Counted from the first letter of the stretch, positions 48,546 to 58,175 are shown. The stretch is DNA of 64,000 bases from Bacillota bacterium (GCA_050952625.1 JBMNLH010000004.1:96001-160000); one strand, 5' to 3'. Notes: generated from the sequence alone by a model not told the origin. Made by a program: numbers and translations.

Positions 48546-50891
48546 TCATTTATCATAGCTGTTTGTGATATGAGGGTCCCCGGTGGTTTTGGAGTTCGTG
48601 GCTTGCTGTATCTGCTGTACCTTATTTCTTAGCTGCTGAATCAGTCGGTTTAGACCCTCAAGTCTTCCCTGCTTAATAGCTTGATTAATCTCAGCCCCTA
48701 TTTGGGAAATATCTTTTAAACCATATAAACCAGCTGAACCTTTAATATCGTGACTAACACTGAGTACGGTTTCTAGGTCACCCCCGGTCAGGGCTTGATC
48801 TATTTGCTTAACCATATCGTCCAATGAAGTTAAAAACTCCGGTAAAAGTGCTTGAATCACTCGATCCGATCCGGCAACTTTAGCCTCCTTTGGCTGCTGC
48901 CCGGCTTGAACTCGCCTCAAGGCCTCCAATAATTGCCCTCGGGTAAAGGGCTTGGCCAAGTAATCAGTACACCCGGCAGCCAGACACTTTTCCGCATCCC
49001 CTTTCATGGCGTGAGCAGTCAAGGCAATAATCGGCAGGTTTTGCCAGCGGGATGATTGGCGAATTCTTTTAGTCGTCTCGTAACCATCCAAAATGGGCAT
49101 CTGCATATCCATTAGCAACAAATCAAACTCTTCCTGCTCCAGGATCTGCAGACACTGCTGGCCATTCTCGGCTACTCGGACCGAATGCCCCTCAGCCTGC
49201 AGTATGTAAGTTATTAGACGCCGGTTAGCCTCGTTATCCTCAGTTACCAGGATGGAACAGAAAGCTGACCCGCCGGCCGAAGCAGCCGGCACCGGTCGGG
49301 AACGTGGCTGGTTCCGCTTGACTACTTTAGACAATGGCTGCTCTAGCGGTACACAGAAATGAAAAGTGGAGCCCCGTCCTTCTTCACTATCAACCCAGAT
49401 GCGTCCACCCATCAATTCAATTAGTTGTCGACAAATGGCTAGACCAAGGCCGGTCCCACCGTACTTGCGTGCCGGTGATCCATCCACCTGAGTAAAGGCT
49501 TGAAAAATATTATCCCGAGCATGATGAGGAATACCGATCCCAGTATCTCTAACCGAAATGTGTAATGGGAATTGAGAAGAAGGCAGCCTTTTGTTGCCTC
49601 GACTGGCCCGAACCTCAATCTCCCCTCGTTCGGTAAATTTAACGGCATTGCCCAGTAGATTAGTCAGCACCTGACTAATTCGCCCAACATCACCGCTAAG
49701 GATCGGTGGAACTTGCGAACTGATAAAGGTTTTGAGTACGATAGTGGTATCTTCCAGGTGCGGTTGAATGGCTGCGGTACACTCATTTATCAGGGTGCTA
49801 ACTTCAAAATTGGCATTTTGTAGTTCAATTCGATCCGCTTCAATTTTGGATAGATCCAGGATATTATCAACTAAATGAGAAAGTTGTTGGCCACAACGTT
49901 GAATTGTCGTTACAAACTCCATTAAACGGGGGGATAGATTTTCCCGAGACAGGAGTTCGGCAAATCCCAGGATCCCTCCCAGCGGTGTCCGAATCTCGTG
50001 ACTCATATTGGCTAGAAACTCAGTTTTGGCCCGATTAGCAGCCTCCGCCTGGCGGTGAGATTCAATTAAATGGGCAATATCTGCGACTATGCCAACGGCT
50101 CCTTTGATGTCGCCATTTTCATCCCGGATCGAGGTAACTGACAACCAAACAGGCCGTGCGGTTTTGGCTTTATTCATGGTTTCTACTTGACCGCGCCAAG
50201 TTCCCCCTGCCTTAATCGTCGTCAAAATTTCCCGCAACCGAGCTAACTCGGTTAAGGGAAACATTAAGGAAATCTGCTGGCCGACCGCCTCTTCTTGGCT
50301 CCAACCGTATAGTTTTTCAGCTCCCCTATTCCAGGACCGAATACGCCCATCCAGATCAAAAACAATGATGCAATCGTTCACGTTGGCCAGTAGATTTGCC
50401 TGAAAGCGTATTTCCGCTTCCGCCCGGCGTTGGTCAGAAACATCTGTATAAATACCAAATGTCCCCTGAACCCGGCCTTGATTATCGATAAAAGGAGCCG
50501 CACCTACTATCACCGGCACTTTTCGCCCGGAACGAGTGACCAAACAAGTTTCATAGGTACTCCGTTCCCCGTGAAGTTGGCGCCAAAATTTGTCGAGCGA
50601 GACAGAAACTTGAGACCTGTCAATAATATCTAAATAAGATCGGCCAAGGATTTCTTCTTCTGAATACTCAAGCATTCGACACAAGGCCTGGTTAACCTGG
50701 GTTATTTTCATTAAGGGATCCAGGCAAACTAATCCTTCCGTCATGGTCTCAATCAGAGTCCGATATCGGCTTTCGGAGGCAGTCAACTGGGCCACGCTGT
50801 CCTTAAGGAAGGTGGATAACTCGGACCTATCAAGCTCATCTAAGGCATCCACCATCTTCAAAAACTTTTCGACGTGATTAGTCTGACTCAT
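48546..50891 (-). CDS. Soluble hybrid histidine kinase PAS-PAS-HisKA-HATPase-REC-HPt
   Basis: Two PAS domains (VNQALC.MLEY; [11 protein letters not shown]), [46 protein letters not shown]; no TM helix. Confidence 0.93.
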   Translation of the reverse strand: MSQTNHVEKFLKMVDALDELDRSELSTFLKDSVAQLTASESRYRTLIETMTEGLVCLDPLMKITQVNQALCRMLEYSEEEILGRSYLDIIDRSQVSVSLDKFWRQLHGERSTYETCLVTRSGRKVPVIVGAAPFIDNQGRVQGTFGIYTDVSDQRRAEAEIRFQANLLANVNDCIIVFDLDGRIRSWNRGAEKLYGWSQEEAVGQQISLMFPLTELARLREILTTIKAGGTWRGQVETMNKAKTARPVWLSVTSIRDENGDIKGAVGIVADIAHLIESHRQAEAANRAKTEFLANMSHEIRTPLGGILGFAELLSRENLSPRLMEFVTTIQRCGQQLSHLVDNILDLSKIEADRIELQNANFEVSTLINECTAAIQPHLEDTTIVLKTFISSQVPPILSGDVGRISQVLTNLLGNAVKFTERGEIEVRASRGNKRLPSSQFPLHISVRDTGIGIPHHARDNIFQAFTQVDGSPARKYGGTGLGLAICRQLIELMGGRIWVDSEEGRGSTFHFCVPLEQPLSKVVKRNQPRSRPVPAASAGGSAFCSILVTEDNEANRRLITYILQAEGHSVRVAENGQQCLQILEQEEFDLLLMDMQMPILDGYETTKRIRQSSRWQNLPIIALTAHAMKGDAEKCLAAGCTDYLAKPFTRGQLLEALRRVQAGQQPKEAKVAGSDRVIQALLPEFLTSLDDMVKQIDQALTGGDLETVLSVSHDIKGSAGLYGLKDISQIGAEINQAIKQGRLEGLNRLIQQLRNKVQQIQQATNSKTTGDPHITNSYDK

Positions 50892-50932
50892 TTGCTGCCA
50901 CCCCCCTTACCGTCAAGCTAAAAAGCAAAAAT

Positions 50933-50939
50933 TTCGACA
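50933..50939 (-). promoter_or_regulatory. Spo0A-box match upstream of the kinase gene
   Basis: TGTCGAA on the minus strand, about 40 bp from the ATG. Confidence 0.35.
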
Positions 50940-51146
50940 CTAATTTAGACCAAAATATGCATCCTATCAAAATTCTACATGAAAAGCTACGGTTAGGCCA
51001 TACCTTTAATTAAGATTAAGTTTATAGAATATACCGTTAATTTTTTTGGAAAATTAACAAACCCCTCAAGTTAAAAACTAGAGGGGCTGGGTCTTTTGAT
51101 TCTGATTAATTGATGAGCAACTTTTGATAAACTGATCGCCACAAGT

Positions 51147-51368
51147 CTATTCATGCGGTTCAATTGTATACCCATCTGATTCATAGTGGTCATCTAAATC
51201 CGCTAGCGCAATGCGGCATTGTCTGGTACTACCATCCACTAAAAGCAAGGCCTGGGTCAATTCGGTTAAGGCTTCGCCATTACGGACAACACCCATTGAA
51301 TTCCGGATTTCTTGGGCCGAACCGTATAGATGACTGATGGCTGACTGAACTGCCTCTTTTTCGTTCAC
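51147..51368 (-). CDS. Small helical hypothetical protein
   Basis: GTG start behind AGGAGGTG; own terminator near 51060-51088. Confidence 0.7.
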   Translation of the reverse strand: MNEKEAVQSAISHLYGSAQEIRNSMGVVRNGEALTELTQALLLVDGSTRQCRIALADLDDHYESDGYTIEPHE

Positions 51369-51386
51369 ATTAACACCTCCTGCGGA

Positions 51387-51416
51387 TAGTTTCTCCGCCG
51401 GTCAGGTGCGATATGC
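51387..51416 (-). promoter_or_regulatory. sigmaF/sigmaG-like forespore promoter
   Basis: GCATA-N15-GGAGAAACTA immediately upstream of the RBS. Confidence 0.55.
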
Positions 51417-51420
51417 GTGT

Positions 51421-52560
51421 CAGAACAAGAAAACCCAATTGCGCCGTGTTTTAACGCAGGTCAGCGATTGGCGATTTACATCAAAGAACTGAGGCGGCTG
51501 AGGAGCAGCAGGCATCACTGTTTGGGCCCAAAGGGCGAGTTTGATGCCTGCCCGAAGCCGACGAAGTTCGTTCCCAGTCTAGCTTGCTGACCGAAATTAA
51601 AACACAAGCATCAGAACATAAAAACCAATTGCGCCGTGTTTTAACGTAGGTCAGCGATTGGCGTCTTACATCAGAGAACTGAGGCGGCTGAGGAGCAGCA
51701 GGCATCACTGTTTGAGCCTGAAAGGCGAGTTTGATGCCTGCCCGAAGCCGACGAAGTTCGTTCCCAGTCTAGCTTGCTGACCGAAATTAAAACACAAGCA
51801 TCAGAACATAAAAACCAATTGCGCCGTGTTTTAACGTAGGTCAGCGATTGGCGTCTTACATCAGAGAACTGAGGCGGCTGAGGAGCAGCAGGCATCACTG
51901 TTTGAGCCTGAAAGGCGAGTTTGATGCCTGCCCGAAGCCGACGAAGTTCGTTCCCAGTCTAGCTTGCTGACCGAAGTTAAAACACAAGCATCAGAACATA
52001 AAAACCAATTGCGCCGTGTTTTAACGTAGGTCAGCGATTGGCGTCTTACATCAGAGAACTGAGGCGGCTGAGGAGCAGCAGGCATCACTGTTTGAGCCTG
52101 AAAGGCGAGTTTGATGCCTGCCCGAAGCCGACGAAGTTCGTTCCCAGTCTAGCTTGCTGACCGAAATTAAAACACAAGCATCAGAACATAAAAACCAATT
52201 GCGCCGTGTTTTAACGTAGGTCAGCGATTGGCGTCTTACATCAGAGAACTGAGGCGGCTGAGGAGCAGCAGGCATCACTGTTTGAGCCTGAAAGGCGAGT
52301 TTGATGCCTGCCCGAAGCCGACGAAGTTCGTTCCCAGTCTAGCTTGCTGACCGAAGTTAAAACACAAGCATCAGAACATAAAAACCAATTGCGCCGTGTT
52401 TTAACGTAGGTCAGCGATTGGCGTCTTACATCAGAGAACTGAGGCGGCTGAGGAGCAGCAGGCATCACTGTTTGAGCCTGAAAGGCGAGTTTGATGCCTG
52501 CCCGAAGCCGACGAAGTTCGTTCCCAGTCTAGCTTGCTGACCGAAGTTAAAACACAAGCA
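51421..52560 (+). repeat. Tandem array of six 190-bp structured units (repeat family A)
   Basis: gcgccgtgtttt at 51441, 51631, 51821, 52011, 52201, 52391; copies 2-6 differ only at ccgaa(a/g)ttaa; no unique spacers. Confidence 0.97.
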
Positions 52561-52566
52561 AAGCTA

Positions 52567-53850
52567 TTACCAAATTAACTGAATGATCGAACCCAAGTTA
52601 TACGTTACGATACCTAGTAGAAGGCCCACCAGCAGACTGACCACCACGGTCGCCAGGGTAAACAGCCGGCTTTGGCTTTCCTTATAGATACAGGTTAAAG
52701 TAGCGACACAGGGAATATAAAACATATAAACCACTAAGAAGGTAAGCCCGGCTAAAGGAGTAATATTCTGGATTAGGATTGATCCTAGATCACCCAAACC
52801 TTCCGAGGCATGGTAGAGAACTCCCAGGGTTGAAAGAGTCGTTTCCTTAGCAAAAAAGCCAAAAATAAGCGCGACCAGTAAACGCCAATTTAAACCCATC
52901 AATTCCCCAATTGGTTCCAAGACTTGGCCGATCCGGGCCGCGAAAGACGCTTCGAAAGGCGCATTCAAGGGGAAACTAGACAAAAACCAAATTAGTACCG
53001 AGGAGATAATAACCACATTTTTGATGCGGTTTAAAAAATCCAAGGTCCGGTAGAGGGTGGCTTTAAGCACATTCTTTAACTTAGGCCAGCGGTAGCAGGA
53101 TAGGGGCAACGATTCTGGCGGCTGATACTCGGCGGTAAACCGGGTCTTAATCAGATAAGAAACCAGAGCCGTGACGACCCAACTCAAGACAACCAGGACC
53201 GACATGATCAAAGTAGCGGTCACTGGGGCAAAGAAAGCCGCTGCAATGTACAAAATCACCGCGAACCGGGCTGAACAAGGGATAAATGAGCTGATCAGCA
53301 TCATAATCAAGCGATCCAGCGGATTAGGAATGCTCCGAGCACTGATTATCGATGAAACATTGCAGCTATAGCCGAGAATAAGCGGGGTGAAGGTCTGACC
53401 AGCCATCTTTAGCCGGGCCATCGGCCGGTGCATAATAAAGGCAATGCGATCCGCATAACCGGTTTCGGTGATTACGGTGAAGAAAGCGAAAAACAACAGC
53501 ATTTGCGGAAAGAAAGCCAAGGCCGAACCAATTCCCCGAAAAACCCCATCGGCAATCATACTCATTAGTAATGGCGGAAGATAATAGCTAAAGACAGATT
53601 GTTGAAACAGCTCGGCAAAACGGTCCAACATTAACCCTAGTAATTCAGAAATCGGTGCCCCAATCGTAAAACTAGCTAAAAACAAAAGACTAAAACAAAC
53701 GACCATGATCGGGAAACCCCAGTATTTGTGAATCAACACCTTATCTAAACGGGCGGTTAACTCCTCCTGGTGCTCGGCGTGCTCTTTTAAACTATCACTA
53801 AGCCCCGGGCTCAAAACCTCAGGAATAATTTTAAAGGCTGGTTTTTTCAT
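52567..53850 (-). CDS. FeoB-like membrane domain (Gate/FeoB_C) lacking the N-terminal GTPase
   Basis: LDKVLIHKYWGFPI, ETGY..R.AF, LGYSCNV, FIPCSAR, GFFAKE, LYIPC-like FYIPCVAT; no G1 GxxNxGK motif. Confidence 0.85.
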   Translation of the reverse strand: MKKPAFKIIPEVLSPGLSDSLKEHAEHQEELTARLDKVLIHKYWGFPIMVVCFSLLFLASFTIGAPISELLGLMLDRFAELFQQSVFSYYLPPLLMSMIADGVFRGIGSALAFFPQMLLFFAFFTVITETGYADRIAFIMHRPMARLKMAGQTFTPLILGYSCNVSSIISARSIPNPLDRLIMMLISSFIPCSARFAVILYIAAAFFAPVTATLIMSVLVVLSWVVTALVSYLIKTRFTAEYQPPESLPLSCYRWPKLKNVLKATLYRTLDFLNRIKNVVIISSVLIWFLSSFPLNAPFEASFAARIGQVLEPIGELMGLNWRLLVALIFGFFAKETTLSTLGVLYHASEGLGDLGSILIQNITPLAGLTFLVVYMFYIPCVATLTCIYKESQSRLFTLATVVVSLLVGLLLGIVTYNLGSIIQLIW

Positions 53851-53893
53851 TGATTCCTCCCCCCTATGGCTTATTCCACATCTTATTTTCCTA

Positions 53894-53937
53894 CTAACCG
53901 CCCATGCTCGCTAGGCACAACCACGGATGAAAATAAC
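53894..53937. repeat. Repeat family C copy
   Basis: Reverse complement of 12686-12730. Confidence 0.75.
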
Positions 53938-53998
53938 ACAAACTACGAGGAACGTGTTATTTTTTTGTTAATAGCGGCGATTTAATCTGAATAAAACT

Positions 53999-54412
53999 TT
54001 AAAATATCTCTGAATTTATCTTTTTTAGAATTAGTTCAAATTGCTTCGCTTCTTCCTCGGACAGACAGGATAAAATCTCCCGGGTCAGTTCACGGTGAAA
54101 GTGATGGTGTTCTTTGAAGGCATCAATCCCTTTTTCTGTCAAGCTAATGAGGTAAACCCGACGATCAGCCTGGGTCATATGCCGCCGGGCGTATTCTTTT
54201 TTTTCCAGCCGATCAACCGTAACGGTGGTGGTTCCGGTAGTAACCCCTAATCTTTGAGCCAGATTCTTCATATTCATCTCACCATACTGACCCAGAATCT
54301 CCATCGCGTGCACTTCGGAAACAGATAGGTCACCGGAACGGATCACGGTTGATTCCCATGACGTAAAGCTGCTGATAAAACGAATAAGTTCATTGGTTAA
54401 TTCATCAATCAA
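53999..54412 (-). CDS. MarR-family transcriptional regulator
   Basis: LSVSEVHAMEIL, LAQRLGVT.GT.T..VDRLEKK, DRRVYLISLT.KG; TTG start at 54412 behind GAGGGAGG. Confidence 0.92.
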   Translation of the reverse strand: MIDELTNELIRFISSFTSWESTVIRSGDLSVSEVHAMEILGQYGEMNMKNLAQRLGVTTGTTTVTVDRLEKKEYARRHMTQADRRVYLISLTEKGIDAFKEHHHFHRELTREILSCLSEEEAKQFELILKKINSEIF

Positions 54413-54462
54413 AATATGCCCTCCCTCAAACAATAAGTTAATATAAAAATACAAATCTCTTA

Positions 54463-54510
54463 TAGTTTGAATCCCAAACTAAATATACCCTGCCGGGGTA
54501 ATCCTGTCAA
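54463..54510 (-). promoter_or_regulatory. sigmaA promoter with adjacent palindromic operator (likely MarR site)
   Basis: TTGACA-N17-TATATT (54510 to 54482), then TAGTTTG-N5-CAAACTA (54463-54481). Confidence 0.65.
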
Positions 54511-54673
54511 GTCTATCAACTCTTCCCAAAACTCGATTTTATCCCATACTTGTTTTATAGATTTTGATTATTCCGGCTAAATTATTTATAAATCAAGAAA
54601 GCAGCCAATATAAACCAAGATAGCTGCAATCAAAAAAGAATAATCCCGCTTTAGAAACAGGGTTTTCAAGAAT

Positions 54674-54997
54674 TTAAGATTCTTTATTATTCATTGGTCT
54701 TACCCGAAATAACCCACAGGCCTGAGCCCCGGGATGATGGTGCTCAACCAGCTTCATTAGTCCCGCCGCTCCGACCAGTTTAATAATCTCTCGAGCGTCG
54801 ATCCTCCTGGGAACCCGTTTCTCCAAGTTGCCGTATTTTTTCAGACCCACCACACAGCCCCAGCGAATTTCTTCCCGGCCCTGAATCTCCACCAGAAAAC
54901 AGCACTCCCCACAGGTATTTACGGCCTTCTCCCGCATCTCCGGCAAAATAACCCGGTGGCCGGCCCAGAGCTTGTTGTCAAAAAGATTACCGGCCAT
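54674..54997 (-). CDS. YolD-like N-terminus fused to a Cys-rich domain; translationally coupled to dinB
   Basis: DNKLWAGHRVILPEMRE, then CGECCF...WGC...ACGLF. Confidence 0.6.
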   Translation of the reverse strand: MAGNLFDNKLWAGHRVILPEMREKAVNTCGECCFLVEIQGREEIRWGCVVGLKKYGNLEKRVPRRIDAREIIKLVGAAGLMKLVEHHHPGAQACGLFRVRPMNNKES

Positions 54998-56171
54998 ACC
55001 AAGCACCCGCCTTAGTTAAAGAAACGGCCCGAAAGAGGGCCTGCTCCCCAAACCGATTCCGAATAGCATCCCCGGCTACCTCCAGCTTTTTTAACTTGTC
55101 CCGATCAACGAACAGAGTTAACTGTTCTGGCGATTCTCTTGCCAAATTGGAAAGTGCCAGGCCGACCAAGCGGACCGGCCAGTCTGGGGACCAGTGCCGC
55201 TGCAACAACTCCCTCGCCCCCTGGTAGATATCGAGGGTCAAATCCGTCGGTCCCGGCAAGGTCTTCATCCGGGATAACCAAGCTAATTCTGGATTCCGCA
55301 GGATCAGGGTAACTGTTCTCCCTTTATATCCCTTGGCCCGGACCCGTCGGGCTACCACCTCCGCTAGTTCCAGCAGAACCACCTTAACTTCTTCCCCCAC
55401 GTAATCCCGGGGCAGGGTAAGCTGATGGCCGATACTCTTATATTCCTCTAGCGAACCGGGATCCACCGGGCTATAATCAATCCCATTGGCACATTGCCAT
55501 AAGACCTCGCCCACCACGCCAAACCTTTTTCTTAAGGTCTCGACCGGACATTTGGCCAGGCCGCCGATCGTCCAAATCCCCATGCGGTGCAGGTGCTGTT
55601 CGTAGCGTCGGCCCACGCCGAATAATTCTCTAACCGGCAAGGGCCAGAGCCGTTTGGGGACGTCTGCTTGAGCCAGCACGGTTAGTCCGTCCGGCTTTTG
55701 CAGCCCGGCAGCCATTTTCGCCAGCAGCTTATTCGGGCCGATCCCGACGCTGCAGGTGAGCTGCAGTTCCTGACGGATTTGTTCTTTCAATTTATTGGCT
55801 AACTCAACGGGTGGCCCAAACAACCCTTCACAATTGGTGACATCCAAAAAAGCCTCGTCGATCGAAAATGGCTCGACCAGAGGCGTAAAGTTTCGCATGA
55901 TCGCCAGGAAGCGGCTGGAGTAATGGACATAGTGGTGGTACTGGGAAGTAATAAAGATCCCTTGAGGACATAGGGCCCTAGCTTCGCCCACCAGCATCCC
56001 GGTCTTGATGCCCAAGGCTTTGGCTTCGTAGCTGGCCGCCACCACAATGCCTCTTCGTTTTTGGGGATCACCGGTCACAATGACCGGCTTCCCCCGGAAA
56101 CTAGGTTCGAGAGCCTGGTGAACGCTGGCAAAAAAAGAGTTCATATCAGCCAAGAGAATAGTTCGGGACAT
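54987..56171 (-). CDS. dinB: Y-family DNA polymerase IV
   Basis: DMNSFFASV, AASYEAK, SIDEAFLD, SVGIGPNKLLAKMA...KPDG. Confidence 0.95.
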   Translation of the reverse strand: MSRTILLADMNSFFASVHQALEPSFRGKPVIVTGDPQKRRGIVVAASYEAKALGIKTGMLVGEARALCPQGIFITSQYHHYVHYSSRFLAIMRNFTPLVEPFSIDEAFLDVTNCEGLFGPPVELANKLKEQIRQELQLTCSVGIGPNKLLAKMAAGLQKPDGLTVLAQADVPKRLWPLPVRELFGVGRRYEQHLHRMGIWTIGGLAKCPVETLRKRFGVVGEVLWQCANGIDYSPVDPGSLEEYKSIGHQLTLPRDYVGEEVKVVLLELAEVVARRVRAKGYKGRTVTLILRNPELAWLSRMKTLPGPTDLTLDIYQGARELLQRHWSPDWPVRLVGLALSNLARESPEQLTLFVDRDKLKKLEVAGDAIRNRFGEQALFRAVSLTKAGAWYGR

Positions 56172-56188
56172 AACAAAACCCTCTTTCC

Positions 56189-56260
56189 CGAATAAATGTT
56201 CTGGTTATATTATACCCAGAACTGCCGTTCGAAAAAAGGGGGTGACGAAACTTGTGTTCG
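56189..56260. promoter_or_regulatory. LexA (Cheo) boxes flanking the dinB -10 element
   Basis: CGAATAAATGTTCT (56189-56202), AGAACTGCCGTTCG (56218-56231), weak GAAACTTGTGTTCG (56247-56260); TATAAT at 56209-56214. Confidence 0.8.
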
Positions 56261-56290
56261 GTAAATATTGGTAATGCTTGACGCTTGTAC

Positions 56291-56317
56291 GGGACAGTGG
56301 GACAGGTTGACTGTCCC
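56291..56317. repeat. GGGACAG REP-like palindrome
   Basis: gggacagtgggacaggttgactgtccc. Confidence 0.7.
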
Positions 56318-56409
56318 GGTTGGGTAACAACGAAAGGTAAGGATAAAGGTAAGGATAGAGCTGGTTATTCACAAGAAGTTTTCTAAATGAAGCGAGTTTC
56401 TAATGATGG

Positions 56410-56850
56410 TCATTGTAAACCCTTTAGTTTTTTAATAGACTTTCTATCCTTATGCAGTATTTCACCTGCGATATCTCTTGATCTTTCGTCCAGGTCCCCT
56501 CTTAGAACTTTTTCAGCCATATTAACGCCTTGGGTTTCTCCTTTTATCGCTTTTTCTATAATTTCAGCTGTATCCGCATCCGAACCTAAATCCATGTTAA
56601 TTTTAATATCTCCCATTTTTCCCTTCATTCCAAGATTCTCTTCCGGCCGCCCACCTATATTTTGGATATAACTTGCTAGTTTATCAATATTTTCTCTATG
56701 TTGTTTCTGAACTTCTTGAAAAGCTTGCTTCACATGATCATCTTCTAACTTAGATATAAAGTTATTGAAACTCTCAACTGCCATATATTCTCCCTGTAAA
56801 AGCTGATTAAGAGATTGTATTGTTTCCTTATTATCTGCATTATCTGCCAC
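56410..56850 (-). CDS. Ferritin-like (DUF2383-type) four-helix protein
   Basis: LNQLLQGEYMA, QHRENI..L...I..IGG.P, GE..G; visibly AT-rich. Confidence 0.75.
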   Translation of the reverse strand: MADNADNKETIQSLNQLLQGEYMAVESFNNFISKLEDDHVKQAFQEVQKQHRENIDKLASYIQNIGGRPEENLGMKGKMGDIKINMDLGSDADTAEIIEKAIKGETQGVNMAEKVLRGDLDERSRDIAGEILHKDRKSIKKLKGLQ

Positions 56851-56995
56851 CTTTTTTAGCCTCCTTCATGATGGATTCCTTTTTGCTTGCAACAATCTTA
56901 TTTTTCCACCTATCCAGAGAAAAATACTTGTGCCCCCTTTTTATTGGTAAACACAAAATCCGCCTCAATCCCAAAAACAAAGCCATGGGAAGGGT

Positions 56996-57667
56996 TCAGT
57001 CAACCTCAGCAATACATTCTGGGCTGTCATTAGCCGGGTTATTAACCAACGTGGACACCCGGTAGGCTTCTAGTTCTTCGACCGGTTTTAGGTGGGAAAG
57101 GAGAGCAGCGATTGCGTCAGGCGAGTTAAAGGCATTACTCAGCCAGAGCTGCTCGTTTTCTGGTGGTAAGATGACGGGCATTCGGTTATGAATCGCCCGA
57201 ACCGAACTGGCCGGTTCGGTGGTCAGGATCGTAAAGGTGAATAACTGCTCTCCCTCAGGTGATTGCCAGACATCCCATAAACCGGCTAGGGCAAAAAGTT
57301 CTCTTGAGGGAAGGACAATACGCATCGGTAGCTTTGATCTGCCAACCTTTGGCCATTCGTAATAGCCGTCAGCCGGTACAAGGCAACGCCGCCGGCTAAG
57401 CGAGCTTCTAAAAGCCGGCTTTTCCGCCACTGTTTCCAGCCGGGCATTGATCAACCGGCTGCCGATACTTTTATCTTTAGCCCAATAAGGAACTAATCCC
57501 CACTGCATCATTTTTAGCCGGTTGCTTCCGTCCGCCTTAAGGACGACCGGTACCGACTGAGTGGGGGCAACATTATACCGGGGCGAAAACTCAATCTGCC
57601 CGGTTAGACAACCGAACCTCTCCGCTACGGCCACTGGTCCGGCAGTCAGGGTAAATCTTCCGCACAT
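56996..57667 (-). CDS. SOS response-associated peptidase (SRAP/HMCES/YedK)
   Basis: MCGRF, RYNVAPTQ, WGLVP.W, INARLET, RCLVPADGYYEW, IHNRMPVIL. Confidence 0.96.
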   Translation of the reverse strand: MCGRFTLTAGPVAVAERFGCLTGQIEFSPRYNVAPTQSVPVVLKADGSNRLKMMQWGLVPYWAKDKSIGSRLINARLETVAEKPAFRSSLSRRRCLVPADGYYEWPKVGRSKLPMRIVLPSRELFALAGLWDVWQSPEGEQLFTFTILTTEPASSVRAIHNRMPVILPPENEQLWLSNAFNSPDAIAALLSHLKPVEELEAYRVSTLVNNPANDSPECIAEVD

Positions 57668-57994
57668 GAATATCCCCCCTTTTACTAACGATCATTAAAC
57701 GAGTTAACGGATTTAAAACGGCTAAAATCAAGAACCTTCTCCCGTCTCTTTTGTTGGTGCAGATATAAACGTTTAGACGTTTTTTGACACTTATTTTAGA
57801 CATAAAAACACGCCCCCTTCGTTTAACTGTCACCGGAAAAGTAGTCTTACGAAGTGAACGTGTTTTCTTTGTTCTTCTTTGTACCGTTTTCTTGCTTATT
57901 ATTTGTGATACAACCACCGCATTATATTAACGCACTAGATTTTTTAACGTCGCTTTAAGTGCTTTTAGCCTCTGTTAAACGCTGTAAGCCTTAT

Positions 57995-58092
57995 TGGCGG
58001 GAGTGTGTGGGAATCGAACCCACCCACGACAGGATCGCTGCCGCGCGACTGGATTTGAAGTCCAGGAGAGCCACCAGGCCCAAGCCACCCCC
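57995..58092 (-). tRNA. selC: tRNA-Sec (TCA)
   Basis: Anticodon arm CTGGA-CTTCAAA-TCCAG; long variable arm; GGTTCGATTCC; ends GCCA; about 98 nt. Confidence 0.95.
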
Positions 58093-58175
58093 GTAAAATC
58101 AAGGGTTTACCCCTTTTTATAGTTTTTAGGCTACTGGACTAATACCTTGAACTAAAACTTCTTTAGGCAAATTAC

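Noticed and set aside
51481-52468. Five repeated 75-aa ORFs (MMPAAPQPPQ...)
   Set aside because: By-products of the repeat: no RBS, and the frame is not preserved in diverged copies at 33.1 and 42.7 kb.
51421-52560. CRISPR array
   Set aside because: Units are 190 bp and essentially identical, with no unique spacers and no cas genes in the window.
57591-57917. 108-aa basic ORF upstream of SRAP
   Set aside because: No RBS, overlaps the SRAP start and lies in low-complexity AT-rich DNA.
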